In this document: one piece after another, positions 63,951 through 64,000 of the stretch
Layout: each line of letters opens with the position of its first letter
How positions within the stretch are numbered: position 1 is the first letter of the stretch
From: Gammaproteobacteria bacterium
GTDB lineage: Bacteria > Pseudomonadota > Gammaproteobacteria > Pseudomonadales > JADFDG01
Assembly: GCA_046566765.1 (NCBI GenBank)
Contig: JBKHWA010000044.1
Coordinates: 471-64,470, forward strand
Direction of reading: 5' to 3'
DNA length: 64,000 bases
Notes under the pieces: generated by a model
The model's input: only the letters and a program-made list of their open reading frames with translations
Told to the model about the DNA's origin: nothing
Databases searched by the model: none
Translations under genes and position numbers: made by a program

Positions 63951-64000
63951 GGGGGAACCCTCCGGGTTGGTTTCGCCGGGGATGCTGCCACAAGGCAGGA

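Noticed and set aside
1-64000. tRNA, rRNA, tmRNA, prophage, integron or IS elements, and genomic-island boundaries.
   Set aside because: I found no T-loop or acceptor-like tRNA signatures, no integrase, transposase or recombinase genes, and no phage structural genes. The gene content looks like core and accessory chromosome rather than a discrete island. A covariance-model scan (tRNAscan-SE, Infernal) would be needed to be certain.

Overview
This is a 64 kb, visibly very GC-rich chromosomal window (judged by eye, not computed) with gammaproteobacterial-style gene content. It is densely coding on both strands. I see no rRNA, tRNA, CRISPR array, transposase, integrase or phage genes. Most long ORFs in the six-frame track are Arg/Ala/Pro-rich antisense or off-frame artefacts of the high GC content. 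I called about 60 CDSs from recognisable protein motifs, RBS and start context, and overlap (ATGA/TGATG) coupling.

Content from left to right:
- A PNPOx-like plus PNPOx-GAF-wHTH gene pair.
- A divergent thiolase and two-domain FabG4-like reductase.
- DUF2339 with a coupled unknown gene.
- A cytochrome c'-like protein.
- araC-pyrC-rhomboid.
- A MaoC dehydratase.
- A desC-desB acyl-CoA desaturase operon with a divergent DesT/FabR-type repressor and a palindromic operator.
- A DUF882 peptidase and a lipoprotein.
- yqhA, then selU with a PhnD/PhnE-type ABC transporter.
- A secreted caspase-like protease fused to a non-catalytic FGE/SUMF1 domain.
- RutE-like, DoxX and pirin genes with a LysR regulator.
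- Two paralogous secreted unknown proteins bracketing a YfbR-type 5'-deoxynucleotidase.
- An HNH nuclease.
- A PhaC-like Cys-hydrolase.
- A 7TMR-DISM hybrid kinase.
- A solute-binding protein, methyltransferase, Tat FAD-oxidase and Tat-like PLP enzyme cluster, followed by two more binding-protein paralogs.
- A roughly 700 bp gene-free, highly structured repeat region.
- Esterase and P450 genes with a GntR regulator and two TGGT-N3-ACCA operators.
- sodB.
- A PAS-GAF hybrid kinase.
- Lipid-related genes (PlsC, START, patatin-like).
- tpm and a CoA-transferase.
- A GldA/F/G-like ABC system.
- A glutathione peroxidase.

The candidates I find most interesting:
- The structured noncoding block at 44.5-45.2 kb.
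- The periplasmic-looking cluster at 36.7-44.5 kb, which has binding proteins but no permease.
- The caspase-FGE fusion.
- The paralog-yfbR-paralog array.

None of these can be assigned a function from sequence alone.
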